63,563 bases of DNA, taken from assembly GCF_001447785.1 (NCBI RefSeq), contig NW_015173718.1, positions 178,539-242,101 on the forward strand, in the 5' to 3' direction. The notes under the pieces are model-generated. The model did no database searches and had not been told where the DNA came from. It saw only the letters and a list, made by a program, of their open reading frames with translations. Shown here in pieces: positions 39,458 to 51,715 of the stretch; position 1 is the first letter of the stretch; every line of letters starts with the position of its first letter. Both the position numbers and the translations under genes were made by a program. Source of the stretch: Gekko japonicus. Its lineage: Eukaryota.

Positions 39458-40304
39458 CAGGGCCGGCTCTTCCACTAGGCCAACTAGGGCGACGGCCTAG
39501 GGTGCAGATCTCCGAGGGGCACAGTGAGGCCGCTGTCCGCCCCCAGCATGGCTTTCTGGGCGCCCGTTCAACAGCATGCCCCTTCCCGCTGGATCCTTTG
39601 TGCCTCGCTGAAACCAAGGGCGCCGCTGTTTCCCCAGGCGCCTTGGCACCCACTGGCCTCACTCGACCGCAATGCCCCTCCGCAGAGGCGCCCTATCTGG
39701 CCTTCTCCCTGCAGTAAAGTGGGGGCGGGAAGAGACCAGACAAAACCGATTACAAAATATAGAAAGACTGGAATGCACGATGGAAGTGACCTGAAACTTT
39801 CAGGCACCCGCTTCCAATCAGCCCAGGATTCAGCGCCCAGAGCGCCAGGAAAGCATGTCTCCTCCTCCCTTCGTGCCCCGGCCAGCCTCTGTCCCCCTCC
39901 GGCCCCGCCTCTCCTCGCCCCGGCAGAGGCTCAGAGGCCGGCCCAGGGGCGTAGCCTGGCGGAGGAGGCTCCTCCCTTGTGCTGTGCCCCAGCTCACCAA
40001 GCCCCAGGCGGTAGTCGGGCTCCGCAGGGCCACCCCGCTCCGGTCCGCTTTGCAGGTGGTGGTGGTGGGCTTGCCCCCGTGTTTCCGTGTGGCTTCTCTG
40101 CCCCGTGACCGCGTTCAGTGCTGAAAGAGGTGCCCCAGCGGGGCTGCTGGGAGTGAGAGGCTGCTGGGAGGGAGGGACGGTCCCGGGCGGCTGCGAGGGC
40201 GCCTGAAGGGGGGGGACACCAGAAATTGGTGGGCGGACCGGGGGGGGGGGCGGGGGCAGAAGGTGTCCTCGCCTAGCGTGCAAAAATACCTGGGGCCGGC
40301 CCTG
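39458..40304. mobile_element. GC-rich hAT-like element nested in a MITE nested in a SINE
   Basis: TIRs cagggccggc / gccggccctg with an 8-bp TSD (a/c)tcacaaa. Confidence 0.8.
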
Positions 40305-40726
40305 CTCACAAAGTACAATTTTTGCTCACAAGACTCCACAGCTTAGAGGGAGCATTGCTCACAAGGTGCCTGTGGTGGGGAGGGGAATGGGAAGACAATT
40401 GTAAGCTGCTTTGAGACTTCTTAAGGTAGAGAAAAGTGGGGTATCAAAACCTACTCCCTGAAGTAAATCCGTAAGTGAATGACAGCCCGCATGGTATACT
40501 GGTTAGAATTGGGCTAGGACCCGGGAAATCCAGGTTTGAATCCCTCCTCTGCCATGGAGGCTTGCTGGGGGCCTTGGGCCAGCCACACACTCTCAGCCTG
40601 ACCTACCTCACAGGGCTGTTGTGAGGATAAAACAGAAGAGAGGAGAAGGACGTAAGCTGTTTAGGGACCCCCACTGGAGAGGAAGGGAGGATATAAATAA
40701 AATACTTCATAGGCAAATGGAGCAAC

Positions 40727-40732
40727 TTTATT
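40727..40732 (-). terminator. Probable MRPL47 polyadenylation signal
   Basis: AATAAA on the minus strand about 160 nt past the stop codon. Confidence 0.6.
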
Positions 40733-40889
40733 TTGGTAAGAAAAAACAAACACCGAGGGTGTTACTGGAAACAGAGTATTTGTCCACTTACAGCCAGTTA
40801 CTGGAAACAGGATCTGTATCACACTGCAGCTCAGGGTGACTCTGTCATGCCAGCTAGTCTACCAAACACGGAACACTTTCAACTCCACG

Positions 40890-41004
40890 TTAACTCTCAG
40901 ACTTTGCGGCAAGATGAGGGTACCTTTTCAGCAGCTTCCTCCGATTGGTTTGCTCCCTTCTTTTCGCCTTGTATTGATCGCGTAGATATTTTTCAAGGCG
41001 CAGC
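40890..41004 (-). CDS. MRPL47: MRPL47 exon 7 (last coding exon)
   Basis: tttcag|LRLEKYLRDQYKAKRREQTNRRKLLKRYPHLAAKSES-TAA. Confidence 0.88.
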
Positions 41005-41174
41005 CTGAAAGGTTAAAAAAAACATAAATAAGAACCACCAGAAATGACCAGAAGGAAGTAATAAGTAAGAAACGATAGAGCTCATTTTGTTCTCCTCTTT
41101 CAAGAAGGCGGCAAATCGGCTGAGACAAGGGAGAGCAAAAACAACAACAGAAGGATACGGGCTCCCTGTTTTAC

Positions 41175-41270
41175 CTATTAAAAGGCTCGACGTTTTTCAG
41201 AAAGTAGAATCTCTTCCTGTTATGTTTTGAGTTCAGATGCCAGGGTATTGGCCATTCTCTGAAAGTGTAC
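41175..41270 (-). CDS. MRPL47: MRPL47 exon 6
   Basis: ggcag|YTFREWPIPWHLNSKHNRKRFYFLKNVEPFN(R)|gtaaaa, 96 nt. Confidence 0.92.
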
Positions 41271-42261
41271 CTGCCAACAACAGAGAAATCAGAAGTGAAT
41301 GACCAGAGAACTCAGCCTTCATGGCCCAGTTTGCGGACTGGGCATCACGATGCTGTTTAGATTAGCAGAAAGGTAGGACAAGCCTGGCAGATATTTTTCC
41401 TAAACGCACACATAAGGTTAGGTTATAGCATTCCGAGAAGGCTAAGGATTAAAACGCCCTCCGTTAATATAAACTTCAGCTCCTCGTTTGCTCTGGCAGC
41501 AGCTGATCCAGCCTGACTAGTCAAAGGTAGTCGCTGCCAGAGCGTACAGGGAACCGATACTTAGAAGTCAGCAGCTGTGGATGTCAAGAACATATTCATG
41601 TGGGGGCAGCACTTCATTTTCCTCTCAAACAAGGCGGGTGGGCCAGTCCTAAAAAACTTCCAATCCTTGGATGCCAAACTAATTTTGAGCGTGAGACAGC
41701 AGCTTCCCCTATCTCCTGGCTGCTCCATAGGGTTGCCACCCCGAGTTTGGGGAGGCAATGAACTTCGGTGGCAGTATAATGGTATAGAGTCCACCTTCTA
41801 AAGCGGCCATTTTGTTCACATGAATAGATCTCCGGCCACCACCTGGAGGTTGAAGCCAAAGGTGAGAGATCACAGGTGGAAGTCCAACCAAAACATCCGT
41901 GACAAAAATTACGAAGAGTCTGTGGATGTCAAGAACATATTCATGTGGGAGCAGCACCTCATTTTCCTCTCAAACAGGGCCAGTCCTCAAAAACTTCCAA
42001 TCCTTGGATGCCAAACTGGCTGCTCCATAGGGTTGCCACCCCCAGTTTGGGGAGGCAATGAACTTCGGTGGCAGTATAATGGTATAGAGTCCACCTTCTA
42101 AAGCGGCCATTTTGTTCACATGAATAGATCTCCGGCCACCACCTGGAGGTTGAAGCCAAAGGTGAGAGATCACAGGAGGAGGTGGAAGTCCAACCAAAAC
42201 ATCCGTGACAAAAATTACGAAGAGTCAATAAAAAAATAATAATATATATATCCGAAAAATC

Positions 42262-42472
42262 CTCTAGAAAACCTCTTCTATTCTCGCTCACACACAACGG
42301 ATTTTGCGCAATAACAAATCCCCGTTACACATAGATTGCTTTATCTGAGCATGTAGTAATTACAATTACAATTACTACACGCTCAGATAAAGCAATCTAT
42401 GTGAAACGGGCATTTGTTATTGCGTGAAATCCGTTGCGTGAGAGTGAGAATAGAAGAGATTTTTCCAGAGAA
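42262..42472. repeat. Long inverted repeat (arms about 100 bp)
   Basis: ctcttctattctc...atagattgctttatctgagcatgtagtaatt / aattactacacgctcagataaagcaatctat...gagaatagaagag. Confidence 0.88.
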
Positions 42473-45424
42473 TCACTACTGTTATAGTAAACATACACAC
42501 ACATACACACACACACACACACACATATATATAATTGACTCTTCGTCATTTTTGTCATGGATGTTTTGACTGGACTTCCACCACCTGGAGGTTGGCAACC
42601 CTACATCCAAGCAGCCACAGGAGAATTCCCAACCATCAAGGAGGAAAAGGAACCAAATTGCAGACATATTTATTTACTTATGGTGGAAAGTGCTGTCAAG
42701 TCACAGCCGACTTATGGCAAACCCCGTCGGGTTTTCAAGGCAAGTGGTGAGCAGAGGTGGTTTCGCCATCGCCTGACTCTGCGTAGCAACCCTGGGCTTC
42801 CTTGGTGGACTCCCCATCCAAGTACTAACCTGGGCCGACCCTGCTTAGCTTCCGAGACATGATGAGATCGGGCTAGCCGGGGCCACCCAGGTCAGGGCAC
42901 TTCGTTTATACCCCCACTTTTCTCCCCAAATGAAGACCCAAAGCAGCTCCTTTGTGTCACGATGAAAACCTGCAGGGGAGGCTTTCCCCATCGGCCGCTC
43001 TCTTTGAAAGTGCCAAGCGGCCTTATTGTGTGCGGGATCACTGGTCTGTCTGGCTCAGTTGTGTCTCCCTCCAGCAGGAAGCAGCTCTCTGGAACACATG
43101 AAGCTAGTGTAGTAGTTAGGAGCACAGGCTCTTATCTGGGAGAACCGGGTTTGATTCCCCACTCCTCCACAGGCAGCTGCTGGTGTGACCTTGGGTCAGT
43201 CACAAGTGCTTTCAGAGCTGTTCTCCCAAGGGCAGTTCTCAAAAGAGCTCTCTAGCCTCACCTACCTAACAGGGTGCCTGTTGTGGGGAGGGGGAAGGGA
43301 AAAGAGATTGTAAGAGCTCTGAGACTGCCTCAGGTAGTGAAGGGCAGGGTATAAATCCAATCTCCTCTTCTTCTTGTACTGAATCAGATCACTGGCCCAT
43401 CAAGGTTGGGACTGTCTACTTAGACTGGCAGCGGCTCTCCGGGGCCCCTGGCAGAGGTCTTGCACATCACCTACCGCCTGGTCCTTTGTACCTGGAGATG
43501 CCAGGGATCCAACCTGGGACCTTCCGCATGCCAAGCAGAGGCTCTTCCACTGAGCCATGACCCCTCCCTAAGGGCCCAGGTGCAGGGGTCTTCCCAGCGC
43601 TGCTACTCTAAGGTATGTCGGTATGTAATCTTCAGCATTAAGATTTTCTTGATCTGACAGCTGACAGATGCTGCAAACCAGATCTAGCCAGTTTGGACAT
43701 GTCTGGGCAAAGACAGGGTCACAGTGAGTCAGCCCTGTGCTGATTGGCTGACATAAGTATATAGATAGAAATGTACCTCTGTACAGTGTTCTTGTGCATT
43801 ATATGGAAGCTGGCGAAGCACTTTGTCCGAGAGCTGTATATACTGTAAATAAACTTCCTGTAAATAGTTACCACTGGACTGAATTGTGTGGTTTGCTATT
43901 GGGAATAGCTGGTGAGTGGAAGACTGCTGGTGAGTGCTAAAGTTCTAAGGTGCCGGTTCACACTACTGTCACTGGACAGCTGTCTAGCGCTGTTCTATCC
44001 CACCCTTCCTTCAAGGAGCTCGGGGTTCTCCCTTCCCTATTTTGTCCTCGCCACAATCCTGCGAGGGAGGTACGGTGGAGACAGAGAGACAGGGATCTAA
44101 ACTCACATCCCAGTCAAACGCGCATAACCAGCCCGTAACCAGACGCGGCGCANNNNNNNNNNNNNNNNNNNNNNNNNNNNNNNNNNNNNNNNNNNNNNNN
44201 NNNNNNNNNNNNNNNNNNNNNNNNNNNNNNNNNNNNNNNNNNNNNNNNNNNNNNNNNNNNNNNNNNNNNNNNNNNNNNNNNNNNNNNNNNNNNNNNNNNN
44301 NNNNNNNNNNNNNNNNNNNNNNNNNNNNNNNNNNNNNNNNNNNNNNNNNNNNNNNNNNNNNNNNNNNNNNNNNNNNNNNNNNNNNNNNNNNNNNNNNNNN
44401 NNNNNNNNNNNNNNNNNNNNNNNNNNNNNNNNNNNNNNNNNNNNNNNNNNNNNNNNNNNNNNNNNNNNNNNNNNNNNNNNNNNNNNNNNNNNNNNNNNNN
44501 NNNNNNNNNNNNNNNNNNNNNNNNNNNNNNNNNNNNNNNNNNNNNNNNNNNNNNNNNNNNNNNNNNNNNNNNNNNNNNNNNNNNNNNNNNNNNNNNNNNN
44601 NNNNNNNNNNNNNNNNNNNNNNNNNNNNNNNNNNNNNNNNNNNNNNNNNNNNNNNNNNNNNNNNNNNNNNNNNNNNNNNNNNNNNNNNNNTATACCCCGC
44701 CCTTCACTTGGAGTCTGAGAGCGGCTTACAAACTCCTTTCCCTTCCCCTCCCCACAACAGACACCCTATGAGGTGGGGGGGGCTGAGAGAACTCTGACAC
44801 AAACTGCTCTTTTTCGAGGACAGCTGTGCCAGAGCTCGTGACTGACCCAAGGTCACACCAGCAGGTGCAAGTGGAGGAGTGGGGAATCAAACTCGGTTCT
44901 CCCAGATTAGAGTCCGCACACTTAACCACCATTTGCACGAAGGATGCAACCTCAGCCAAAGGATGCCACACCTGCGCCATTGGTTCCGACTGCAGAAACA
45001 GGGCTTTGCGGTGGCAGAATTTACGATTCCTGCAAGCTCTGGAACATGGTGACTCAGATGAGTTCAGAGCGACCGAGACGCAGCGTTTCCCCCACCTTTT
45101 CTCTTAGCCCACAACGCCCAAATCCTCTTTCGCAGCCTCTAGTATTTGTCAGCTGTACAGGGTAGCTTCCTCCAGTCGGCTGCGGCGCTGTTTAGTGCTA
45201 ATCCGTCAGTGTTTGAAAGAGACATGATGATGTGCAGTCTTCTTTCGGTCACCAAATCCAGCTCCTGGTCTAACTTTAGGACAGTGTAGGGATTCTGGTG
45301 TTTGGTGTGCTCATGCAGGGTCCTGGAAACCCAACCCCCCCCCCCCCCGTCCCCCCCCAAAAACCCCACCCCCCCCCCCCCCAAGTCACACTACACAAGC
45401 AACCTTGGCTAAGAAGCTCTACAG

Positions 45425-45800
45425 CATCGAATCACAGAGTTGGAAGGGGCCCTATAGGCCATCTAGTCCAACCCCCCAGGATCAGCCTAGAGCACCCCAG
45501 ACGCTGCTGCTTCAAGACTGCCAGGGAGGGGGAGCTCACCACCTCCCCGGGCAGCTGATTCCACTGTTGCACAACTCTGACTGTGAAGACGTTTTCCCTA
45601 ATATCCAGCCGGTAGTTTCCCGCCTTTAATTTGAACCCATTCTTGCGAGTCCTCTCCTCTGCTGCCAACAGGAACAGCTCCCTGCCCTCCTCTAAGCAAC
45701 AGCCCTTCAAAGGGAGCAATCATGGCCCCCCTCAACCCCCTCCTCTTCCCCAGACTGAACATTCCCCAGTCCCTCAGCCTCTCCTCACAGGGCTCGGTTT
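45425..45800 (-). mobile_element. CR1 3' fragment (second subfamily)
   Basis: Minus-strand peptide EERTRKNGFKL...YRLDIRENVFTVRVVQQWNQLP. A relative lies at about 53270-53570. Confidence 0.85.
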
Positions 45801-46429
45801 CCAGCCTTTCCGAGGCCACCGGCACCTTTGGAATTCTGGCACAGGGTAGTGGGCACAACCGTGAAAGCCACAAAACGTCAGGGAGTGAGGCTATGCATAA
45901 CTCGGAGAGTAACATCTTGATATTTTAGGCAGAAGTTCTGCTTAACAAGATGCCCTTTTGAATGAAAATATCTTCTTGCGTGCACGCACCTTGTCCCCCG
46001 GCACACAGTGAAGATCCTTGGGCTGTGAGGGCAGTTGCTGCCAAAGCAACCTTTTTAAAGACTGGCAGAGTCAATCAGATTTCCAGTGGCCAGTCGGAAA
46101 ACATGCTGCACAAAAGTCTCACCTGGCTCCGCCAGCTTCCTACAAACAGCTGGCATGATGACAGCGGGCACCATGGCGCCCGAGGGCACCACGTTGGGGA
46201 CCCCAGCCCTGCAGGGCCACTGCTGCCGGCAAGCCCACAGTAGGGTGAATGAAGCCAAAGGAAAGGGGGAGGTCGTAGGGGTCTCGTGGGACTGCGGGAA
46301 AAGCCCGAAGCTCCCTTTCCTCCAGTCTGCCCCTTCCCTCGAAAAGTCGGGCAAGGACTTCAAATGAGGCTGCAGAGCCCCGCCCATCACACAACCGACC
46401 AATCGCGGCCTGTGAGTCTCACAGGCCTA

Positions 46430-46564
<135 letters not shown>

Positions 46565-48647
46565 TCAGGTCAGCACGGTGAGCATCTGTGCCCGAGAGCA
46601 TCGGCAGAGTGGTGTGGTGAGTTAAGAACATAAGAGATGCCAATGTTGGATTAGGCCAAAGGCCCATCCAGTCCAACACTCTGTATCACACAGTGGCCAG
46701 AAATGCCAGTGCCATCAGGAGGTCCACTAGTGGGGCCAGGACATTAGAAGCCCTCCCACTGTTGACCCCAAGCACCAAGATGACCGAGCATCACTTGCCC
46801 CAGAGTCCCTGTCTATACCTTGTGGCTAATAGCCACTGATCGACCTCTGCAGGGCTCTTTTTGTAGAAAAAGCCCAGCAGGAACTCATTAGCATAATAGG
46901 CCACACCCAACAACAGGAACTCATTAGCCTATTAGGCCACACCCCTGACAGCACAGCTCATTCGCACATGAGGCCGCACCCCCCGTGTTACCAGAAGTGT
47001 GGTCATCCAGCCACACCCACCTTTTGCTTCTTATTCTGTTTACCTTGTTTGTTGTCAAAACCCAGGGCCTTTTTTTCTAGCAGAGACTCCTTTGCATGTT
47101 AGGCCACACACCCCTACTGTAGCCAATCGTAATGAGTTCCTGCTGGGCGTGGCCAACTCGGGAGCCAGCCGGAACGCCGTTCCTGTGCGTTCCTGCCCAG
47201 AAATAGCCCTGGTTCTCTGCAAAGGAACATCGTCTGTATATTGACTGACGGAAGCGCGTTACGCTGCCCCCTCTGGATGCTTCCGAGACCACAACAACTG
47301 GCAGCCACTTCCAATCGATAAGTGAAATGAACCCTTTCTCCTTGGCCCTCGAGGCCCCGTTCAGGCCCCAGGGCTACGGAAACCACAACGGGGAGAATTC
47401 TGGCTGGGCCCACACTCCGGACACAGCGGCCCCACAGCCTCAGCGGCTCCCTCCCCTGCCTGCCCACCCTCTTGACAGCACACAGCCCCTCCCCTGTCTC
47501 CAGACACTGTGCTCAGTTTTGCTCCGGCCCAGCTTTCTCCTTGGTGTCCCCTTCCCAAGCCTAAACCCCCACGCTCCCCCCCCCCAGGCTCTTGTTTTTT
47601 AGAACACGCTGTCCCACTTTCTTATCTCCTGAATGGCCCCTTAGCACACCCGCATTCAGCCCTGCCTCATTCTGTGCTGTTTCTTTGTCTCACGCGCATA
47701 CCTGTCACTGCCTCAGTTCCACCTCTCCTCTAGCCTTTCTCTCCCCCATCGGGCTCTCCTTTCCCCACTCATCGCCTCCTGTGCTCCCGCCTCCTACTTC
47801 CTTGCCTCTGGGTTTCTCATCCCTGCATCTCCCTGCATTCCAGGATTTCCAAGGCCTCGGCCAGGCCCTGTGTAAGGCTTCAGCTCCCTCCAAACTTAAC
47901 TTTCCACTCCCTCACAGAAGTCAGACCGCAAAACTTTTCGCTCCCTTAGCAAATTAAGGTATCTCCTAGAGATGACAACTGCCCAGCCAATCTGTTTTCA
48001 GAGGCAGCACGACCACAAGTGAAACATCATACAGATTTGGAGACTTGCTATGGAGTGCCAGCACCTCTGGGCAGCCCCTTGCAGACAAGTGGACAGGCCC
48101 GTAGCCAGGATTTTGTGGCTTGTGGAGCAGGTTTTTTTTCCTGGTGGGGCTGAAGTTCTCAGAGCAGAAAGAAAAGCCATTTGGCCAATAGAAAGCTGTT
48201 ACCAAGACAGATCTCTACATTGCAAGCTGTCGACCACTTCAGATGACAGTTCTCAGCTGCTGCAAGTGAATCACTTCCGCCAGCCTAAGCAACAGTTCTG
48301 ATAGCCGGCAGGTACGGGTGATGACTTCCATAGTCAAGAAAGCTAACCCTTAGGCAGAAAAACTCTCTTAAAAGAGACCAGCTTCTTGACACAGAGTTAG
48401 AAGGGACCCTAGAGGTCACCAACCCCCTTGCTCAGTGCAGGAATTAGTCAACTACAGCACTCCACTCTGCTTAAAGGAGAGCACACCTTTAAAAAATGTT
48501 TAAAAATGACTGAAAAAAGCATTTACAGGAGAAATTCTTGTGGGGCTGTGCCTTTAAGAGGGCAGAGCCCTCAAAAGCCCCATCCAACGGGCCTGTAAGT
48601 GGAGTCCTCTGAAAGAGACAGGAGCTCTTACTCAAAAAATTACTCAC

Positions 48648-48708
48648 CAAAGTTTATGCAGATCTTCACTGCTCTTGCCTCGGAGCTGTTCTACTGTCCA
48701 AGAATCTC
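48648..48708 (-). CDS. MRPL47: MRPL47 exon 3
   Basis: tgcag|(G)DSWTVEQLRGKSSEDLHKL(W)|gtgagt, 61 nt. Confidence 0.95.
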
Positions 48709-50478
48709 CTGCAGAAAGCACAGAGCGCACCAGAAGGTGAACAGAGATCAGGAAGGTATTTTCGTGGGCTCTAAGGTTGGCCATTCATAATCTACACTGG
48801 ATCTATGGCAATAACAGCCATTTGAGGAATCCTTCGAAGGCTTTCCCTTGTATGTCTTGAACCCTGGAATCCATGGCTCTGCGGCCATCTATACGCCTTC
48901 GTTAAATCCAAGCCAGGTAACCAAGGAAAACCAGTTCCTATGCCCAAATTAAAAGATACAAATCAATAACAAATGTGCAGAATTGTTACTTTTACCAAGT
49001 ATAACCAAGTTGAGATTAAAAAGAGAGAGAAGAGCACACACCAATCCAAGATACGTTTGAGCCACTCCGAGCAGCATAACATTTTTCTAAATAAATAAAA
49101 TGTGCTCAAGTTGTCTCAGGTGTCAAAATGGAACTGGCATATGATTGCCTTGATAAGACTTAGTAGCCTGCCCAGAGCTCTGCGGGAATCCAAGTGCACT
49201 GATTCTACATTCAGAATTTTGGAAATTAAGTTCATCGTAAGAACATAAGAAGAGCCCTGCTGGATCAGACCAGTGGTCCATCTAGTCCCACATCCTGTCG
49301 CACACAGTGGCCAACCAGTTCCTCTGGACGGCTGACAACGGGGCACAAAGGCCGAGGCCTTCCCCTGATGTTGCCTCCTGGCTCTGGGATTCAGAGGACT
49401 AGTGCCTCTGAGTGTGGAGGTTCCCTTCAGTCACCATGGCTAGGAGCCACTGATAGATCCCTCTTTCATGAATCTGTCCAATCCCCTTTTGAAGCCATCT
49501 ATGCTTGTAGCTACCACTACATCCTCTGGCAGCGAATTCCACATTTTAATCACTCTCTGTGTAAAGAAGTATACGTAGATGTTATTATTTTGCTGTTTTA
49601 TTCTACTTTCAACAAAGAATTACTTCCAAAGAATTTGAAATGATTTTGGAGCATCATGAGAGAGCCTGAGATCAGAAACAAGAGACGAGACGGAAAATGG
49701 CAGCAGGGGGCACCAAAGCCTCATTTAGTGGCCACTGTAATCACAGGTTCTTAATTTTCACCAGTCACTGCCCCCTGCGTAGGTAAGAGGGGTTAAGTTG
49801 CAGCCAATTTACGTTGTCCCCAGCCACTGCCTTCCTCGGTGTTCTCCCACTCGAGTACTGACCCTGCTTAGCTTCCAAGATCTGATAAGATCGGGCTATA
49901 CCATGCCCCCTCCCCCTCCCAGTATTTCCAAGCTCTGCTTTGCATCCATGGGGGGGGGGGAGGTGTCTACATTTGCTCTAGAAACTCTTATGCAAAATAC
50001 TAAACTGTGTGCCAAAACAGCAATTCTGCAGGTACAAGGGAAAGACACAAACCTACATATAACAGGCTTAAACACTGCAGCAGGCTTAAACACTACTATT
50101 CACTGCCATCGTCTGTCCACAGTCTCAGGAAGGGGTTTTTTTGTACATCACCTAATACTGATCCTTGTCACTGGCAATGCTCCCTCTAAGCTGTGGAGTC
50201 TTGTGAGCAAACATTCTACTTTGTGAGCTACCGGCATGAAAGTTGTGAGCGAGCGATTTGGCTGTTGCACACATTAGTTTGCGCTGGAGCCATCCTTCCT
50301 GAGCCAAGGCAAAAATGTGTGAGCCAGAGGCTAAAAAACAGTGAGCTAGCTCACACTAACTCAACTTAGCGGGAACCCTGGTCACTGGTGGAGACCTACC
50401 ATGTGCCAAGCTGATACTCCACCACCAAGCAACAGTCCAGTCGAGGGACCAAAAGGGACAAGATCCAGCCCCTCTTAC

Positions 50479-50624
50479 CAGACTTGATTTCTGTCTCTCC
50501 CCAGTTTTTTGGATCATCAAAAAACTCCTCCAGCCCTTTCAGTGGGAACGAAACGTGCAACGACGCACAGGGAGGGAACAGCTCCGCTTTCGCCGCCTCC
50601 TTCTGCAGAACATGGCGGGTTAAT
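50479..50624 (-). CDS. MRPL47: MRPL47 exon 2
   Basis: tctag|LTRHVLQKEAAKAELFPPCASLHVSFPLKGLEEFFDDPKNWGETEIKS|gtaaga, 146 nt. Confidence 0.92.
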
Positions 50625-50724
50625 CTAGAGGGCAAGATAAGAGAAGCGTCTGAGAAAGCCAAACGAGTCCCAGTCGGTGTCCAGCCGAGCTTCCCAAACC
50701 AACACTTGGGGGCAGGCTGCAGGT

Positions 50725-51105
50725 TTTTCTTTTCTTTTCAAATAGCATTTTTATTGAGTTTTATATATTTTTACACCCTGCATTACTTGTTAGTTGCATA
50801 CAGTATCTTTCGACAACATCTAATGAACAAGGAGAGAAATGTTATCCCCACACGCACAATACTTGTTAATAAAACACAAAGTCTCTATATTTCTGAGGTG
50901 GTGCATATAATCGGGGTTGACAAGCAGTAAGATATTCAAAAAACACAAACCATTTTTCAAAAAAAGTATTAACACCTTTCGGGTTGTCAAAAGCTATTAA
51001 TTGCATAGCGATTTTATCTGAAACTATCAAGTCCCATAGTTTAGATCTCCATTGTGACAGATTTGGTACCTTAAACAATTTCCAATTTAAAGCAATTAAG
51101 TTTTT
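50725..51105 (-). mobile_element. 5'-truncated L1-clade LINE
   Basis: ORF2 C-terminal KNLIALNWK...PNLSQW...FFEKWFVFFEYL, AATAAA plus A-rich tail, and a 10-bp TSD ggctgcaggt (50715-50724, 51106-51115). Confidence 0.8.
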
Positions 51106-51236
51106 GGCTGCAGGTCTTTCCTCCCCCGGGGCTCCACAATGCCAAATGCACCCCGCCGCATTCCCTGCCCCGAACAGTGCCTGTTGCCGCAACACAGAGC
51201 AACCCCCACCGCTCCCTCGACTTCTTCTGTGCCCAC

Positions 51237-51304
51237 CTGGACGACGCGGCTCCGGCCAGCCGCAGGACCCCCGAGAAGCGCCGGCAGAGCGCAGCCACCG
51301 CCAT
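51237..51304 (-). CDS. MRPL47: MRPL47 exon 1 (mitochondrial presequence)
   Basis: gtcATGg; MAVAALCRRFSGVLRLAGAASS(R)|gtgggc. Arg-rich and acid-free; phase 2 joins exon 2. Confidence 0.87.
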
Positions 51305-51588
51305 GACACCGCCTCTATCCCACAATGCTCAGCTGCGATAGCTCGCCATGACAACCCTTCTCCTTCGCTTCCCACAATGCCTCTCGCTGTAATCGCCCCC
51401 CCTCCAGCGCCAGCCCGTTTCTAAGATGGCGCCGGTGGCGGCTTCCTCCCCACCGTCCCGCTCCTGCTCTGCCAAACTCAATCATGGCGGCCGCAAGTGC
51501 CCATTTCCGAAATGGCGCCCGTGCGGCTTCAGCCGTATTCGAGGCCGAACGAGCCCGGGGACCTCCCCCTCGCCCGCCAGATTCGGGC
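51305..51588. promoter_or_regulatory. MRPL47/NDUFB5 bidirectional CpG-island promoter
   Basis: Divergent ATGs 285 bp apart. Two ZNF143/STAF-type motifs (TCCCACAATGC near 51318 and 51370) and YY1-type ATGGCG motifs (51426, 51484, 51512). Confidence 0.8.
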
Positions 51589-51715
51589 ATGGCGGCCATG
51601 AGCCTCTTGCTGCGGGCCGCGGTCGCTTTGGGGTCCCGGCGGCCCCTGGCTTGCTCAGCGGTCTGGGGTCGCGCCCCCCTGCTGGGCAGGGCTATCAGTC
51701 GCTCTGGAGTCATCG
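51589..51715 (+). CDS. NDUFB5: NDUFB5 exon 1
   Basis: MAAMSLLLRAAVALGSRRPLACSAVWGRAPLLGRAISRSGVI+G|gtatgc. Confidence 0.9.

Noticed and set aside
45222-45300. ATGATGA box C-like motif suggesting a C/D snoRNA
   Set aside because: No suitably placed CTGA box D or terminal stem, and it is antisense to the host gene MRPL47.
45139-45384. Minus-strand ORF considered as the missing MRPL47 exon 5
   Set aside because: No similarity to the conserved EREDALRLLQTG segment.
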